From: a virus
Taxonomy: Duplodnaviria; Heunggongvirae; Uroviricota; Caudoviricetes
IMG/VR virus record: IMGVR_UViG_3300031760_000006
Location: 1 to 27,126 of that record
Strand: one strand, 5' to 3'
DNA: 27,126 bases
Shown: one piece after another, positions 1 through 8,722 of the stretch
Layout of the letters: each line of letters opens with the position of its first letter
How positions within the stretch are numbered: position 1 is the first letter of the stretch
Translations under genes and position numbers: made by a program
The notes under the pieces: model-generated
Told to the model about the DNA's origin: nothing
What the model saw: only the letters and a program-made list of their open reading frames with translations
Database searches by the model: none

Positions 1-94
1 TGATAATAATTTAGATTTGTCAGAGGAATTGGTAGATTTGAATGAACTCTTCTCTCCTTTTAATGATGACGGTGAGAGTGATTCAGATGATTAA
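1..94 (+). CDS. 3' end of upstream gene (partial), acidic C-terminus ...DNNLDLSEELVDLNELFSPFNDDGESDSDD*; possibly terminase small subunit or neighbour
   Basis: Frame 2 open from window edge to TAA 92-94, overlapping the likely terL ATG at 87. Identity from position only. Confidence 0.5.
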   Translation, partial: DNNLDLSEELVDLNELFSPFNDDGESDSDD

Positions 95-362
95 TCCACA
101 ATTTTTAAAAGAACTAACTGAAGGACAAGATTTAAAATATTGTAAACAGGAAAATGTAATATATGTAAAACCGGGCATATTTGCAATGTCTCAAAGAAAA
201 ATTGAGAGATTGATTCGAATTGCCGAAATGCAAAAATATTATCAATGTAATCCTGTTCGTTTTATTAATGACTTTTTTAATATAGAATTACTTGATGCAC
301 AAGCGTGGATTATTCAAAGGTCATGGACTTGTCCTAATGTATTGTTGGTTTGTACAAGGGGT
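87..362 (+). CDS. terL: Terminase large subunit, exon 1 (join 87..362,702..2498; about 690 aa)
   Basis: ATG 87 follows GGTGAG and overlaps the upstream stop. Encodes NPVRFINDFFNIELLDAQ and ends LVCTRG, the first half of the Walker A motif. Confidence 0.85.
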
Positions 363-701
363 TAAACAAAAAATGTTTTATGTAAATAAAATATGAAAAA
401 ATAAAACATTTTTTAGGCTCCGCTGCTTAGAAATAAGTAGGCAATAATCGGGCAAAATCGGTGAACGACTAAGTTGTCATGATATGTCAACACCGAGATA
501 ACCAATAAGATTGCGAAAGGTTTATTGGTATTGTAACGCATAGGTAGTGAATAAATATAATCTACCCACGAGTGTCCGACACCCGAGCATTTAAAGATGC
601 GGGTGAAAATATATGCTAATCTGAATTGGAATTGACCAATTAATGAAAATGAAGGAAACTTCCAGAGCGTAAGATAAAAAGCTTACGGTTAATAACGAAT
701 G
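363..701 (+). mobile_element. Group I intron without ORF (IA-like, 339 nt) in the terL Walker A motif
   Basis: 5' exon ends GGT and intron ends G701, giving RG|FGKST. P1 GGGGU/GCUCC has the U.G pair. P3 UCGGGC/GUCCGA, P4 UCGGUG/CACCGA, P7 GCAUA 538-542 / UAUGC 612-616, P8 CACCCG/GGGUG. Confidence 0.9.
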
Positions 702-2498
702 TTTGGAAAATCAACAATTATAGATATCATGATAATGGCAAAAGATATGTTGTTCAATAATTATTGGACATATATTGCTTCAGGTTCTGGTTCTCAGGCT
801 GAAGAAACTTTTACAACTCTTGAACGATTAGCCAACGATAATATAGATACAATGCTTGGTTCTACTGGTTATATTTTTAAACAGGAAGTAGAAATCAAGA
901 ATGCCGCAGGTGATGGTTTTAGTCATTCGTCTAATGGTTTTTCGTATAGTTTGTATAATGGAGCTTTTACACAAACGCTTAACTCAAATGTTGATAAAAA
1001 AAGGGGCAAACGTGGCTCTGTAGTATTTGACGAGTGTGGTTTCTTAGATGAGGAAATGATGAGTGTTTATGCGGCTTTTGCCATTGTAAACAAAAGTTTT
1101 AAATCTGGTAAAGATAGAGATGGAAACACAATTGATAGAAACAGACTTCGTTGTATTCCTAGTAATATCCCGAATCAGTTATTCTACATATCTTCTGCTT
1201 CTTCTACTGATACAGAATTTTATAAATTATACCGAGATTTTAGTAAGCGGCAATTAATGGGTGACCCTGATTATTTTGTTGCACATATTGATTGCGAAAT
1301 AGCTTTTAATCCCACTATTCATGGTGAGGTAATGGAGCCGCTGCTTTCGAGAAGCACTGTAGAAGCGGCAATGAGAGCGAATCCTGAAAAAGCAAGAAGG
1401 GAATATTATTGTCAATTTACATCGGATGCAGGAAATAATGCAGTTATTCGTAGAGGTGTCATTACTCGTAATGAAAAAACATATAAGCCAGTTCTTTATA
1501 ATGATACTGGTAATCGTAAAGTAGTAATTACATATGACCCCGCCCGTTCTCGTGATAATTCTGTAATTTTAGTTATAGAGATATATCCTTTTAAGGATTC
1601 TAATGGAGATGTTGAATATAAAGCACGTTTACTTAATTGTATTAATTTGATTGATATAGGTAAAAAAAGAAAGTCTCCAATGCAAACACCTGACCAAATT
1701 GATTACTTAAAAGAAGTAATTCTTGATTATAATCAAGGTGGCGATGAAAATTATAGTAACATTCTTGGTGTTTATATAGATGCTGGTTCTGGTGGAGGCG
1801 GTGTTAATATTGCTGATTTCTTAATGGAAGATTGGGTTGGAAAAGATGGAAAAATGCATAAAGGGTTAATTGATAAAGAATATTCAAAAGAATATATTAA
1901 GAAATTTCCTAATGCTGTGGATAAAATTCATTTAATGTCTCCTAGTCAATACAAATCTATTATGTATGAAGCAATGATAGAAATGATTAATCAGAATAAA
2001 GTTGAATTTCCTGCTTCTTATGATAATAAAGGTTACTTAACGGTATTTGATATAGATGAGGAAAAACTTGAAAAAGAAAAAGCTAAGATAGAAACAAAAT
2101 TAAAAAAGAAGAAGTTATCACAGGAAGATTTTGATTATCAGCTACAAGAAGAATTAGATAAAATTCAAAATGTAAAAACAAAGAATGTTAAACTTGATTG
2201 GCAAGAAGAAATAGCCTTAATTGGTATAGATGCCTTGAAAGAAGAATTGGTAAATATGATTCGTATTAAACGTGAATCTGGAAAAGACAGTTTTGAACTT
2301 ACGCCAGAGAAACGCAATAAATTAAATGATGATAGAGCATATTGTTGTTGCATGGCTTGTTATGCTTTATCTGAAGAAAGAAGAAAAAATATTACTTCTC
2401 GAAGAAAACAAGAAGACCCTAATAACCTTCTTGATTTGTTTGAAATTCGTAGAGGGACTAGACCTTCTGCTTTTAGTGATAAAAAAATAGCGATGTAA
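702..2498 (+). CDS. terL: Terminase large subunit, exon 2
   Basis: FGKST completes Walker A. Walker B VVFDECG, motif III ISSAS, RNase H-like nuclease motifs YDPARSRDNS, YIDAGSGGGG and NDDRAY. Confidence 0.92.
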   Translation, partial: FGKSTIIDIMIMAKDMLFNNYWTYIASGSGSQAEETFTTLERLANDNIDTMLGSTGYIFKQEVEIKNAAGDGFSHSSNGFSYSLYNGAFTQTLNSNVDKKRGKRGSVVFDECGFLDEEMMSVYAAFAIVNKSFKSGKDRDGNTIDRNRLRCIPSNIPNQLFYISSASSTDTEFYKLYRDFSKRQLMGDPDYFVAHIDCEIAFNPTIHGEVMEPLLSRSTVEAAMRANPEKARREYYCQFTSDAGNNAVIRRGVITRNEKTYKPVLYNDTGNRKVVITYDPARSRDNSVILVIEIYPFKDSNGDVEYKARLLNCINLIDIGKKRKSPMQTPDQIDYLKEVILDYNQGGDENYSNILGVYIDAGSGGGGVNIADFLMEDWVGKDGKMHKGLIDKEYSKEYIKKFPNAVDKIHLMSPSQYKSIMYEAMIEMINQNKVEFPASYDNKGYLTVFDIDEEKLEKEKAKIETKLKKKKLSQEDFDYQLQEELDKIQNVKTKNVKLDWQEEIALIGIDALKEELVNMIRIKRESGKDSFELTPEKRNKLNDDRAYCCCMACYALSEERRKNITSRRKQEDPNNLLDLFEIRRGTRPSAFSDKKIAM

Positions 2499-2510
2499 GG
2501 GGGTGAAAGT

Positions 2511-4085
2511 TTGGCAAGAAGTATGAAAAAAAGTAATAGAAAAACAAAAGACAATGTTCAGCAAGAACTTAAAAAGCGTCCAGAATCTGCTGGCGAAATT
2601 CAAAGGTGGTATGAACAAAACAAACTTCAAATAGAAAATTTTGCTGATGCTTCTGATGCAATAAAAATATTAAGGGACGTTAATTCTAATAAAATTAACA
2701 GAACAATTAGTACTTTTGATAAAAGTAGATTGAGAAGTTATTTGCAAAATATTTCTTCTAACTCAACTAACTTAATTAATTTATCAAGGTATTTAGAGTA
2801 CCGTTCTCAGATTTATCACAGAATTATAAAATATTACGCAAATATGCTTTGCATGGAGGCAAGGATTGTGATTCCACCTTATAGTTTGACACAGCCTCTT
2901 TCACCTGAAGAAACTTTAAAGATATATGAAGAAAGTCTAGTTGTTTTAAATAATATGAATCTTCAGTATGAAATGTTAAAAGCGGCAATTGTATGCTGGC
3001 GTGAAGATGTGTTCTTTGGATGTAATTATTATGACGATAGCGGGCATTTCATTTACCCATTAGATTCTCAGTATTGTAGAATTATCGGTATTTATCCGAC
3101 AGGTGATTTTGCATTTGCTATGGATATGACTTACTTCAGAAGTAGGCAGGAACTATTAGAAGCATTGGGTGAACCATTTACTACTATGTATAGAGAATAT
3201 GGTGGAGATAACCAAAAAAAATGGGTTCCTTTCCCAGATGAGTACGCTGTTTGTTTTAAAATTCGGTCTGAAGATTGGGAAACTATTGTTCCACCTTTAG
3301 TCGGTTTATTTAATTCTTTGTTAAATTTATCTGACCTTGAAGACATAGAAGCAATTGCAGATGAACAGCAAATTTATAAAATGTTGTGGTTAGAGTTAAC
3401 TACTTTAACTAATACAGATATACCAGACGATTGGAAAGTGAGTCCTTCTATAGTTGCTCAATATTATAGGAAGATAGTCAATGACGGTATACCAGATTAT
3501 ACTACAGCAATTATATCTCCTGTACCAATTCATGAAGTATCTTTTAATAACGATGCGGCTAGTGATACTACAAAAGTTCAAAAGGCAACCGAATCTGTAT
3601 TGAATACTTCAGGTGGAGCACAAATATTGAATTCTGCTGCAATTACTGGTAGCACTGGGCTTAATTTGGTAATGAAGGCTGACACAGAATATGCTATCTC
3701 TTCTCTCTTACCTCAAATTCAGGCGTGGGTTAATAGATTTTTATCTTATCAAGTTTCTAAGCCTTGTAAAATTAAGTTTTTTGAAGTAAGTGCGTATACT
3801 AAAGGAGAATTAAAACAAGAGCTATTAACGTCTGCTACTTATGGCTTGCCGAATAGATTGGCTTTAAATAGTCTTATGGGTATAAGCGAACTTGAGACAT
3901 TATCTATGCTTAATCTTGAAATTGAGATACTTGAATTAGATGAAAAAATGATTCCAGTTTCTACTTCTTACACAATGTCAGGAAATAATGCAAATAGGGA
4001 TAATGTTGGTAGACCAAAATCTAGTGACACAGAGATTACCGATGATGGCGAAGCCAGCAGAGATAAAACAGATAGAGCGAATTAA
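2511..4085 (+). CDS. Portal protein (524 aa, TTG start)
   Basis: Directly after terL with SD GGGGGTG. Size typical of portals. SRYLEYRSQIYHRII helix and C-terminal VGRP...D tail typical of SPbeta-like portals. Confidence 0.8.
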   Translation: MARSMKKSNRKTKDNVQQELKKRPESAGEIQRWYEQNKLQIENFADASDAIKILRDVNSNKINRTISTFDKSRLRSYLQNISSNSTNLINLSRYLEYRSQIYHRIIKYYANMLCMEARIVIPPYSLTQPLSPEETLKIYEESLVVLNNMNLQYEMLKAAIVCWREDVFFGCNYYDDSGHFIYPLDSQYCRIIGIYPTGDFAFAMDMTYFRSRQELLEALGEPFTTMYREYGGDNQKKWVPFPDEYAVCFKIRSEDWETIVPPLVGLFNSLLNLSDLEDIEAIADEQQIYKMLWLELTTLTNTDIPDDWKVSPSIVAQYYRKIVNDGIPDYTTAIISPVPIHEVSFNNDAASDTTKVQKATESVLNTSGGAQILNSAAITGSTGLNLVMKADTEYAISSLLPQIQAWVNRFLSYQVSKPCKIKFFEVSAYTKGELKQELLTSATYGLPNRLALNSLMGISELETLSMLNLEIEILELDEKMIPVSTSYTMSGNNANRDNVGRPKSSDTEITDDGEASRDKTDRAN

Positions 4086-4155
4086 TACTATTGGGTCAAG
4101 TAGTTAACTTGATAAATAAAATTACAAACATATTGTTTATTTATGCCCTAAGAAT

Positions 4156-4190
4156 AGAGAGCCAATAAATGTTGGCTCTTTTTTATTTTT
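4156..4190 (+). terminator. Intrinsic terminator-like hairpin upstream of the GIY-YIG gene
   Basis: AGAGAGCCAA-taaatg-TTGGCTCTTT followed by a T-run. Confidence 0.6.
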
Positions 4191-4201
4191 AGGAGGTAAA
4201 A

Positions 4202-5401
4202 ATGTCTTTTAATAATAATACTAAGTTGTTTGAAGGATATATTTATAAGATAGACAATAGTATTAATAATAAAATATATATTGGTCAAACTTCAAGCAAA
4301 ATAAATTTAAGATGGAATCAACACAAAAGTGCCGCAAAAACTAAAGTATATAGCCTACCCTTGTATAATGCTATGAATAAATATGGTATAGAAAAATTTT
4401 CTATTCATGTAATCGAAAAGTATTATGCGAATACAAAAGAGGACTTGTTGGATATTTTGAATGAAAAAGAGATTTATTATATATCAAAGTACAACACATT
4501 ACGTCCCAACGGGTACAATGTCAGTTCTGGCGGTGATAATCTTTCTCATTTAAATATTATTCCTGTTGATGCTTATTATGCCGATGGAACTTTATTTAAA
4601 AGATTTAGTTCTCAAATAGATGCTAAAGAGTATTTAAATCGTCCTTCTGCGTCTATATCTAAGTGTTGCAAAGGCAAAGCGTTTTCCGCAAGTGGATATG
4701 TGTGGAGGTATAAAGATGAACCGTTTGAAAAGTATAATATTAATGTAACTCAAGAGCAATTAGATAGGGATAATAATAAAATTCCCGTAGATGTCTATAC
4801 TTTGGAGGGCGTTTTTGTAGATAGTTATGATTGCATAAAGAAAGCGTTGGAAGGTTTGTGTAATCGGAGTGAGGGAACATCTTTTGTTAAAAAAGTATGT
4901 GATGGCATATATAATCAGGCTTATGGATATGTTTTTAGATATCTTGGAGAGCCTTTCGACAAGTACGAATACAAAACTAATGCCGTGTATAAACCAGTTG
5001 ATTTATACACGTTAAATGGTGATTTCATCGGTACATATCCTACCATTGCTCAAGCCGCCCGTGAAAATAATATTTCTAATCGTTCACATCTTTCTGACTG
5101 TTGTAACGGTAAACGAAAATATGTGGAAAATTTTGTTTGTAGATACACTGGAGAACCTTTTGATAAATATTTATTAGAAAGAAAGAAATCTGGAACGATT
5201 CCAAAAAAGGTGAACCAATATAGTTTGACGAATGAATATTTAAAAACTTATTGCTCTTCTAAAGACGCTTACAATGAAACAAAAGTTTATTTTACAAGCA
5301 TATTAAAAACTTGTAGGGGTACGCAGAAAACAGCTGGTGGATATAAATGGTTTTATGCTGATGACCCCAATCAACCTGATAGAACCAAAATAATATCTTA
5401 G
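4202..5401 (+). CDS. Free-standing GIY-YIG homing endonuclease with four NUMOD1-type repeats
   Basis: GYIYKI..N.IN.KIYIGQT, RWNQH, EKEIYYI and PNGYN motifs. Four repeats of pattern (P)V..Y...G.....(F/Y).S.......I..(C)C.G....A.GY.WRY. SD AGGAGG. Confidence 0.9.
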   Translation: MSFNNNTKLFEGYIYKIDNSINNKIYIGQTSSKINLRWNQHKSAAKTKVYSLPLYNAMNKYGIEKFSIHVIEKYYANTKEDLLDILNEKEIYYISKYNTLRPNGYNVSSGGDNLSHLNIIPVDAYYADGTLFKRFSSQIDAKEYLNRPSASISKCCKGKAFSASGYVWRYKDEPFEKYNINVTQEQLDRDNNKIPVDVYTLEGVFVDSYDCIKKALEGLCNRSEGTSFVKKVCDGIYNQAYGYVFRYLGEPFDKYEYKTNAVYKPVDLYTLNGDFIGTYPTIAQAARENNISNRSHLSDCCNGKRKYVENFVCRYTGEPFDKYLLERKKSGTIPKKVNQYSLTNEYLKTYCSSKDAYNETKVYFTSILKTCRGTQKTAGGYKWFYADDPNQPDRTKIIS

Positions 5402-5440
5402 TGTTGTTAGGTTGCGAACCACATATAAGATGGTGAGAAA

Positions 5441-5620
5441 ATGAATAATAAAAACCTTTTTGTAAAAACAACTGATGCTGAGACAGCAGAGCAGTTAAAA
5501 GCTGAAGGTTTTCAGCTTATTTCTAAAGAAGGAAATACTTATACTTTTTTAAATAAGACTCCTTCGACATTTAATAAAGATAATAAGAAAATATCTTATT
5601 CAAATATATTAGCAATTTAG
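5441..5620 (+). CDS. Small hypothetical protein (59 aa, MNNKNLFVKTTDAETAEQLKAEGFQLISKEG...), not in ORF track
   Basis: ATG 5441 after GGTGAG, TAG 5618-5620. Fills the gap in the head operon. Confidence 0.7.
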   Translation: MNNKNLFVKTTDAETAEQLKAEGFQLISKEGNTYTFLNKTPSTFNKDNKKISYSNILAI

Positions 5621-5637
5621 ATATATTAGCAATTTAG
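5604..5637. repeat. Perfect 17-bp tandem duplication ATATATTAGCAATTTAG x2
   Basis: Copies at 5604-5620 and 5621-5637. Confidence 0.9.
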
Positions 5638-5674
5638 AATCTTCCTTTTACCAGAAAGGAGGGAAAATGAAGGA

Positions 5675-7345
5675 ATGAAGTTGTTAACACTAGACCAATT
5701 ATATCAGTTTTGTCTAAAAAATAAATTCTATAATTTCAGTTCCAAAGATAGTGGATATCAATTATGTGTTCAAGTTCCTGCTAAATTTGAAAAAGAAGCT
5801 TCTGATGATTCTCTCTTATTTGTAAAAATCAAAGTTTTTCATACTGGCAAGAATAGAAATAAATCCAATGTAACTGTTGATGCGGCAAAGAAAGCAATGA
5901 AGAATATGGCGTATAAACCCATTTTAGCTAATTTTACAGATGTTAATGGTGAAAAGGATTTTACATCTCATGATGGTTATATTGATGAAAACGGTGATTG
6001 GAATTATTTAGAAAGACAAATTGGATGTTTTACCACTGATAAACCATATATGGAGCAAGACCCAGATAATGAGGATAGACAATACGTTTATGCTTACGGA
6101 GCTATTCCACGAGAATATACTGATGCCGCAGATATCATAGAAAGAAAGAATGGTACAAAAGTTTCTGTAGAACTTGCGGTTAATGAAATGAGTTTTGATG
6201 CAGAAAACAAGGAACTTATTCTTGAAGATGTTACGGTAATGGGTTGTACTTGTCTTGGTGTTGATGAAGATGGTAATCCAGTTGGTGAAGGTATGGAAGG
6301 AAGTCGTTTGGATATTGAAGATTTCAGTGCGAAAAATTCCATATGTATGAATATTGACTCAACTGATTTAGTGAAAACTCTAGAGAGACTTAATGCTACG
6401 CTCTCTAGTTTTAATATAGATAGCAAATCTGAAAAGGAGGTGAAAAACGAAATGAGCTTTATGGAAACATTAATGGAAAAATACGGTGTCACTCTTGAAG
6501 ATATCGATTTTGATTTTGAGACTATGAATGACGAAGAACTCGAAAAAGCTTTTGCAGAAAAGTTTGAAACCTCCGAAGAAACTCCTGTTGAAGAAAACGC
6601 AGAAGAAAATGCAGAAGAAAATACTGAAGAGTCCACAGAGAATTTCGGTGACGATGATGAAGATGGTGATGACCCAGCAGATGAGCCTGATACCGATGAA
6701 GATGATTACACAGGTGATGATGAGGTTACACCAAAGAGATATTCTATTGAAATGTCTGATGGCACAGTAAAAGAATTCGCATTGTCTCTTCAAGATAAAA
6801 TTTCTGCTTTAGATACTCTTGTTAACGAAACTTATTCAGAAACAGATAATGATTATTATTATACTCTTGTTTATGATAAGGATGTTGTAATGGTTTCTTA
6901 TTGGACAGGTACAGCTTACCGTCAGGCTTATAAAGAACGTAAAGGTGTTTATTCCCTTCAGGGAGATAGAATTCCTGTACATGCTTTATATGTAACAGAT
7001 GATGAAGAAGCTGAACTGGATAGAATCCGTTCTAATTATTCTGTTATTGAAACAGAATTATCTGAATATAAATACGCTGAAGAAAAAGCTAATAAAGATG
7101 TTCTTATGACATCTGATGAATACTCTTCTATTGTAGATACAAAAGAGTATAGCGAGATTAATGTTGACGAATTAACTTTTGATGAGCTTAAAGGTGAACT
7201 TGACAGTATTCTTCTTAATTACGCTAAAGCTGGTAAGTTAAGTTTTGCAAAGAAGAAAGCTGAAAAGAAAACTACTTTTAAGCCTCTTCCATTTAATGAA
7301 AAGAAGAAGAAAGGACGTTACGGTTCTTTATTTTCTAAGAAATAA
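5675..7345 (+). CDS. Prohead protease-scaffold fusion (556 aa)
   Basis: Between portal and capsid genes. N-terminal VFHTGKNRN...KVSVEL (candidate His/Ser of HK97-type protease), very acidic linker, coiled-coil C-terminal part with basic tail. Confidence 0.7.
   Translation: MKLLTLDQLYQFCLKNKFYNFSSKDSGYQLCVQVPAKFEKEASDDSLLFVKIKVFHTGKNRNKSNVTVDAAKKAMKNMAYKPILANFTDVNGEKDFTSHDGYIDENGDWNYLERQIGCFTTDKPYMEQDPDNEDRQYVYAYGAIPREYTDAADIIERKNGTKVSVELAVNEMSFDAENKELILEDVTVMGCTCLGVDEDGNPVGEGMEGSRLDIEDFSAKNSICMNIDSTDLVKTLERLNATLSSFNIDSKSEKEVKNEMSFMETLMEKYGVTLEDIDFDFETMNDEELEKAFAEKFETSEETPVEENAEENAEENTEESTENFGDDDEDGDDPADEPDTDEDDYTGDDEVTPKRYSIEMSDGTVKEFALSLQDKISALDTLVNETYSETDNDYYYTLVYDKDVVMVSYWTGTAYRQAYKERKGVYSLQGDRIPVHALYVTDDEEAELDRIRSNYSVIETELSEYKYAEEKANKDVLMTSDEYSSIVDTKEYSEINVDELTFDELKGELDSILLNYAKAGKLSFAKKKAEKKTTFKPLPFNEKKKKGRYGSLFSKK
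6452..7345 (+). CDS. Probable nested in-frame scaffold protein (297 aa) from an internal start
   Basis: AAGGAGGTG at 6434-6442 precedes in-frame ATG 6452 at the protease/scaffold boundary. Confidence 0.6.
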   Translation: MSFMETLMEKYGVTLEDIDFDFETMNDEELEKAFAEKFETSEETPVEENAEENAEENTEESTENFGDDDEDGDDPADEPDTDEDDYTGDDEVTPKRYSIEMSDGTVKEFALSLQDKISALDTLVNETYSETDNDYYYTLVYDKDVVMVSYWTGTAYRQAYKERKGVYSLQGDRIPVHALYVTDDEEAELDRIRSNYSVIETELSEYKYAEEKANKDVLMTSDEYSSIVDTKEYSEINVDELTFDELKGELDSILLNYAKAGKLSFAKKKAEKKTTFKPLPFNEKKKKGRYGSLFSKK

Positions 7346-7434
7346 AATGATATATGGTGACTCATGTTAGGGTATGCTCCTAACCCATATATTTGAGAGA
7401 TTTGTGGGATAATTACTCACCACTCTCCTGTTAA

Positions 7435-7466
7435 AAGGGACTGCGAAATGCGGTCTCTTATTTTTT
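7435..7466 (+). terminator. Terminator-like hairpin upstream of the second free-standing endonuclease
   Basis: AAGGGACTGC-gaaat-GCGGTCTCTT followed by ATTTTTT. Confidence 0.55.
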
Positions 7467-7479
7467 ATAAGGAGATTTT

Positions 7480-8652
7480 ATGAGTAACGAGAAGAAATTT
7501 GTAGATATAGATTATCCTGAAATCGCAAAATTATTTAAATACCCAGAAGAGTCTCATGTTGGCTCTTTTTCTTCCAAAAAGGTTACCGTTGTTTGTCCGT
7601 ATTGTGGAAGAGAAAAGGAAATGGCCGTTTCCTCATTGGTTAAATTAGGTCATGTTACCTGTTCTTTTTGCAGTGACGGTTTTCCATATACTGAAAAATT
7701 GATGAGTAACATATTAACTCAATTAGGCATTGAGTTTGAATATCAATTTCAGCCAAATTGGGCAAAACCATATATTTACGATTATGCCTTTATACATAAC
7801 GGAGAAAAAATAATATTGGAGTTAGATGGCGGCATTGGACACGGAAGAAAAAACACGTTGGCTAAAAAATCTATAAAGCAAAGTTTATTAATCGACAATT
7901 TAAAAGACGATTTAGCAACAAAAAATGGGTATAGGATTTATAGAATCGATTGTGATTATGGTCACGATAGATTTGGATTTTTAAAGAACAAATATGAAGA
8001 TTTTTTGAAAACCATATTTGATACTTCTAAAATAAACTGGGAAACTGCAAATAAAAAAGCCTTAAACTCTAAGTTTTGGGAAGTTATAAATTACTATAAG
8101 AACACTAGTAAATATGTCGAGGATATTTCTGAATGTTTAAATATTAAACAAAGGACAGTAAAAAAGTATTTATATGAGGCAATGCAATATGGGTTTGTGG
8201 ATAAAAATTTAATAATTACACATAATCCATTTAAGAGTCTTCCAAAGCATATAAAGATTGTTGATGAATCGCATTTGTATCACAGAAAGGGTAACCCTGT
8301 ATTGTGTGCTGATGAAAATGTTGCTTTTGATTCAGTCGCAACCTTGGCAAATTATTATGGATACACTTTTGAAAATGTATTACATGCATTAAGGAAGTGC
8401 AATGGTTATTATAATTTTCATTTGTTTGTATTCTTGAAAGACCTCCCAGAGGATTATGACTTTGAAATGATTGATATTAATCTTAGTGATTATAATAAAT
8501 ATTCTAGAAAAAAGATTATTTATCAATATGATAAAAAAATGAATTTGGTTAAGTCTTATAAAGGTGTTGATGAAGTTTCTCAGAAATATAATATGTCGAA
8601 CATATATAATGCCATATACGAAAGGCGAGGAACCGCATTTGGCTATATATGA
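7480..8652 (+). CDS. Free-standing putative homing endonuclease: Zn ribbon, Vsr/DUF559-like PD-(D/E)xK nuclease and NUMOD1-type repeats
   Basis: CPYCG...CSFC, then EFEYQ...YDYAF...ILELDGGIGH...DNLKDDLATKNGYRIYRI, then C-terminal IYQYDKKMNLVKSY...AFGYI. Confidence 0.75.
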   Translation: MSNEKKFVDIDYPEIAKLFKYPEESHVGSFSSKKVTVVCPYCGREKEMAVSSLVKLGHVTCSFCSDGFPYTEKLMSNILTQLGIEFEYQFQPNWAKPYIYDYAFIHNGEKIILELDGGIGHGRKNTLAKKSIKQSLLIDNLKDDLATKNGYRIYRIDCDYGHDRFGFLKNKYEDFLKTIFDTSKINWETANKKALNSKFWEVINYYKNTSKYVEDISECLNIKQRTVKKYLYEAMQYGFVDKNLIITHNPFKSLPKHIKIVDESHLYHRKGNPVLCADENVAFDSVATLANYYGYTFENVLHALRKCNGYYNFHLFVFLKDLPEDYDFEMIDINLSDYNKYSRKKIIYQYDKKMNLVKSYKGVDEVSQKYNMSNIYNAIYERRGTAFGYI

Positions 8653-8722
8653 AGTTATGATTATCTAGTAGCTAGTTAATAGCTATATTTTTTTTGTAAA
8701 AAATTAGAAAGGAGAAAAAGCT

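Noticed and set aside
42-86. ORF-track start at 42 for terL exon 1
   Set aside because: It overlaps the upstream coding frame. ATG 87 has an SD-like sequence and a coupled stop.
699-701. ATG as the start of a stand-alone 599-aa terminase
   Set aside because: No SD, it truncates Walker A, and the G is the intron's terminal G.
2165-3346. Short minus-strand ORFs over terL and portal
   Set aside because: Antisense shadows of long + strand genes with no recognisable motif.
4083-5406. GIY-YIG gene as intron-encoded or looped out (TAATACTA/TAGTGTTG flank pairing)
   Set aside because: No P3/P4/P7 core in the flanks and neighbouring genes look complete. An 8-bp AT/GU pairing is near chance.
6094-6793. 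Alternative-frame ORFs over the acidic scaffold linker, and the GAAGAAAA repeats
   Set aside because: Low-complexity coding repeats (EENA) produce stop-free shadow frames. Not a CRISPR array.
8650-8652. Genome-wide stop-codon reassignment
   Set aside because: TGA, TAG and TAA all end genes at sensible boundaries. Gene fragmentation here is explained by introns.
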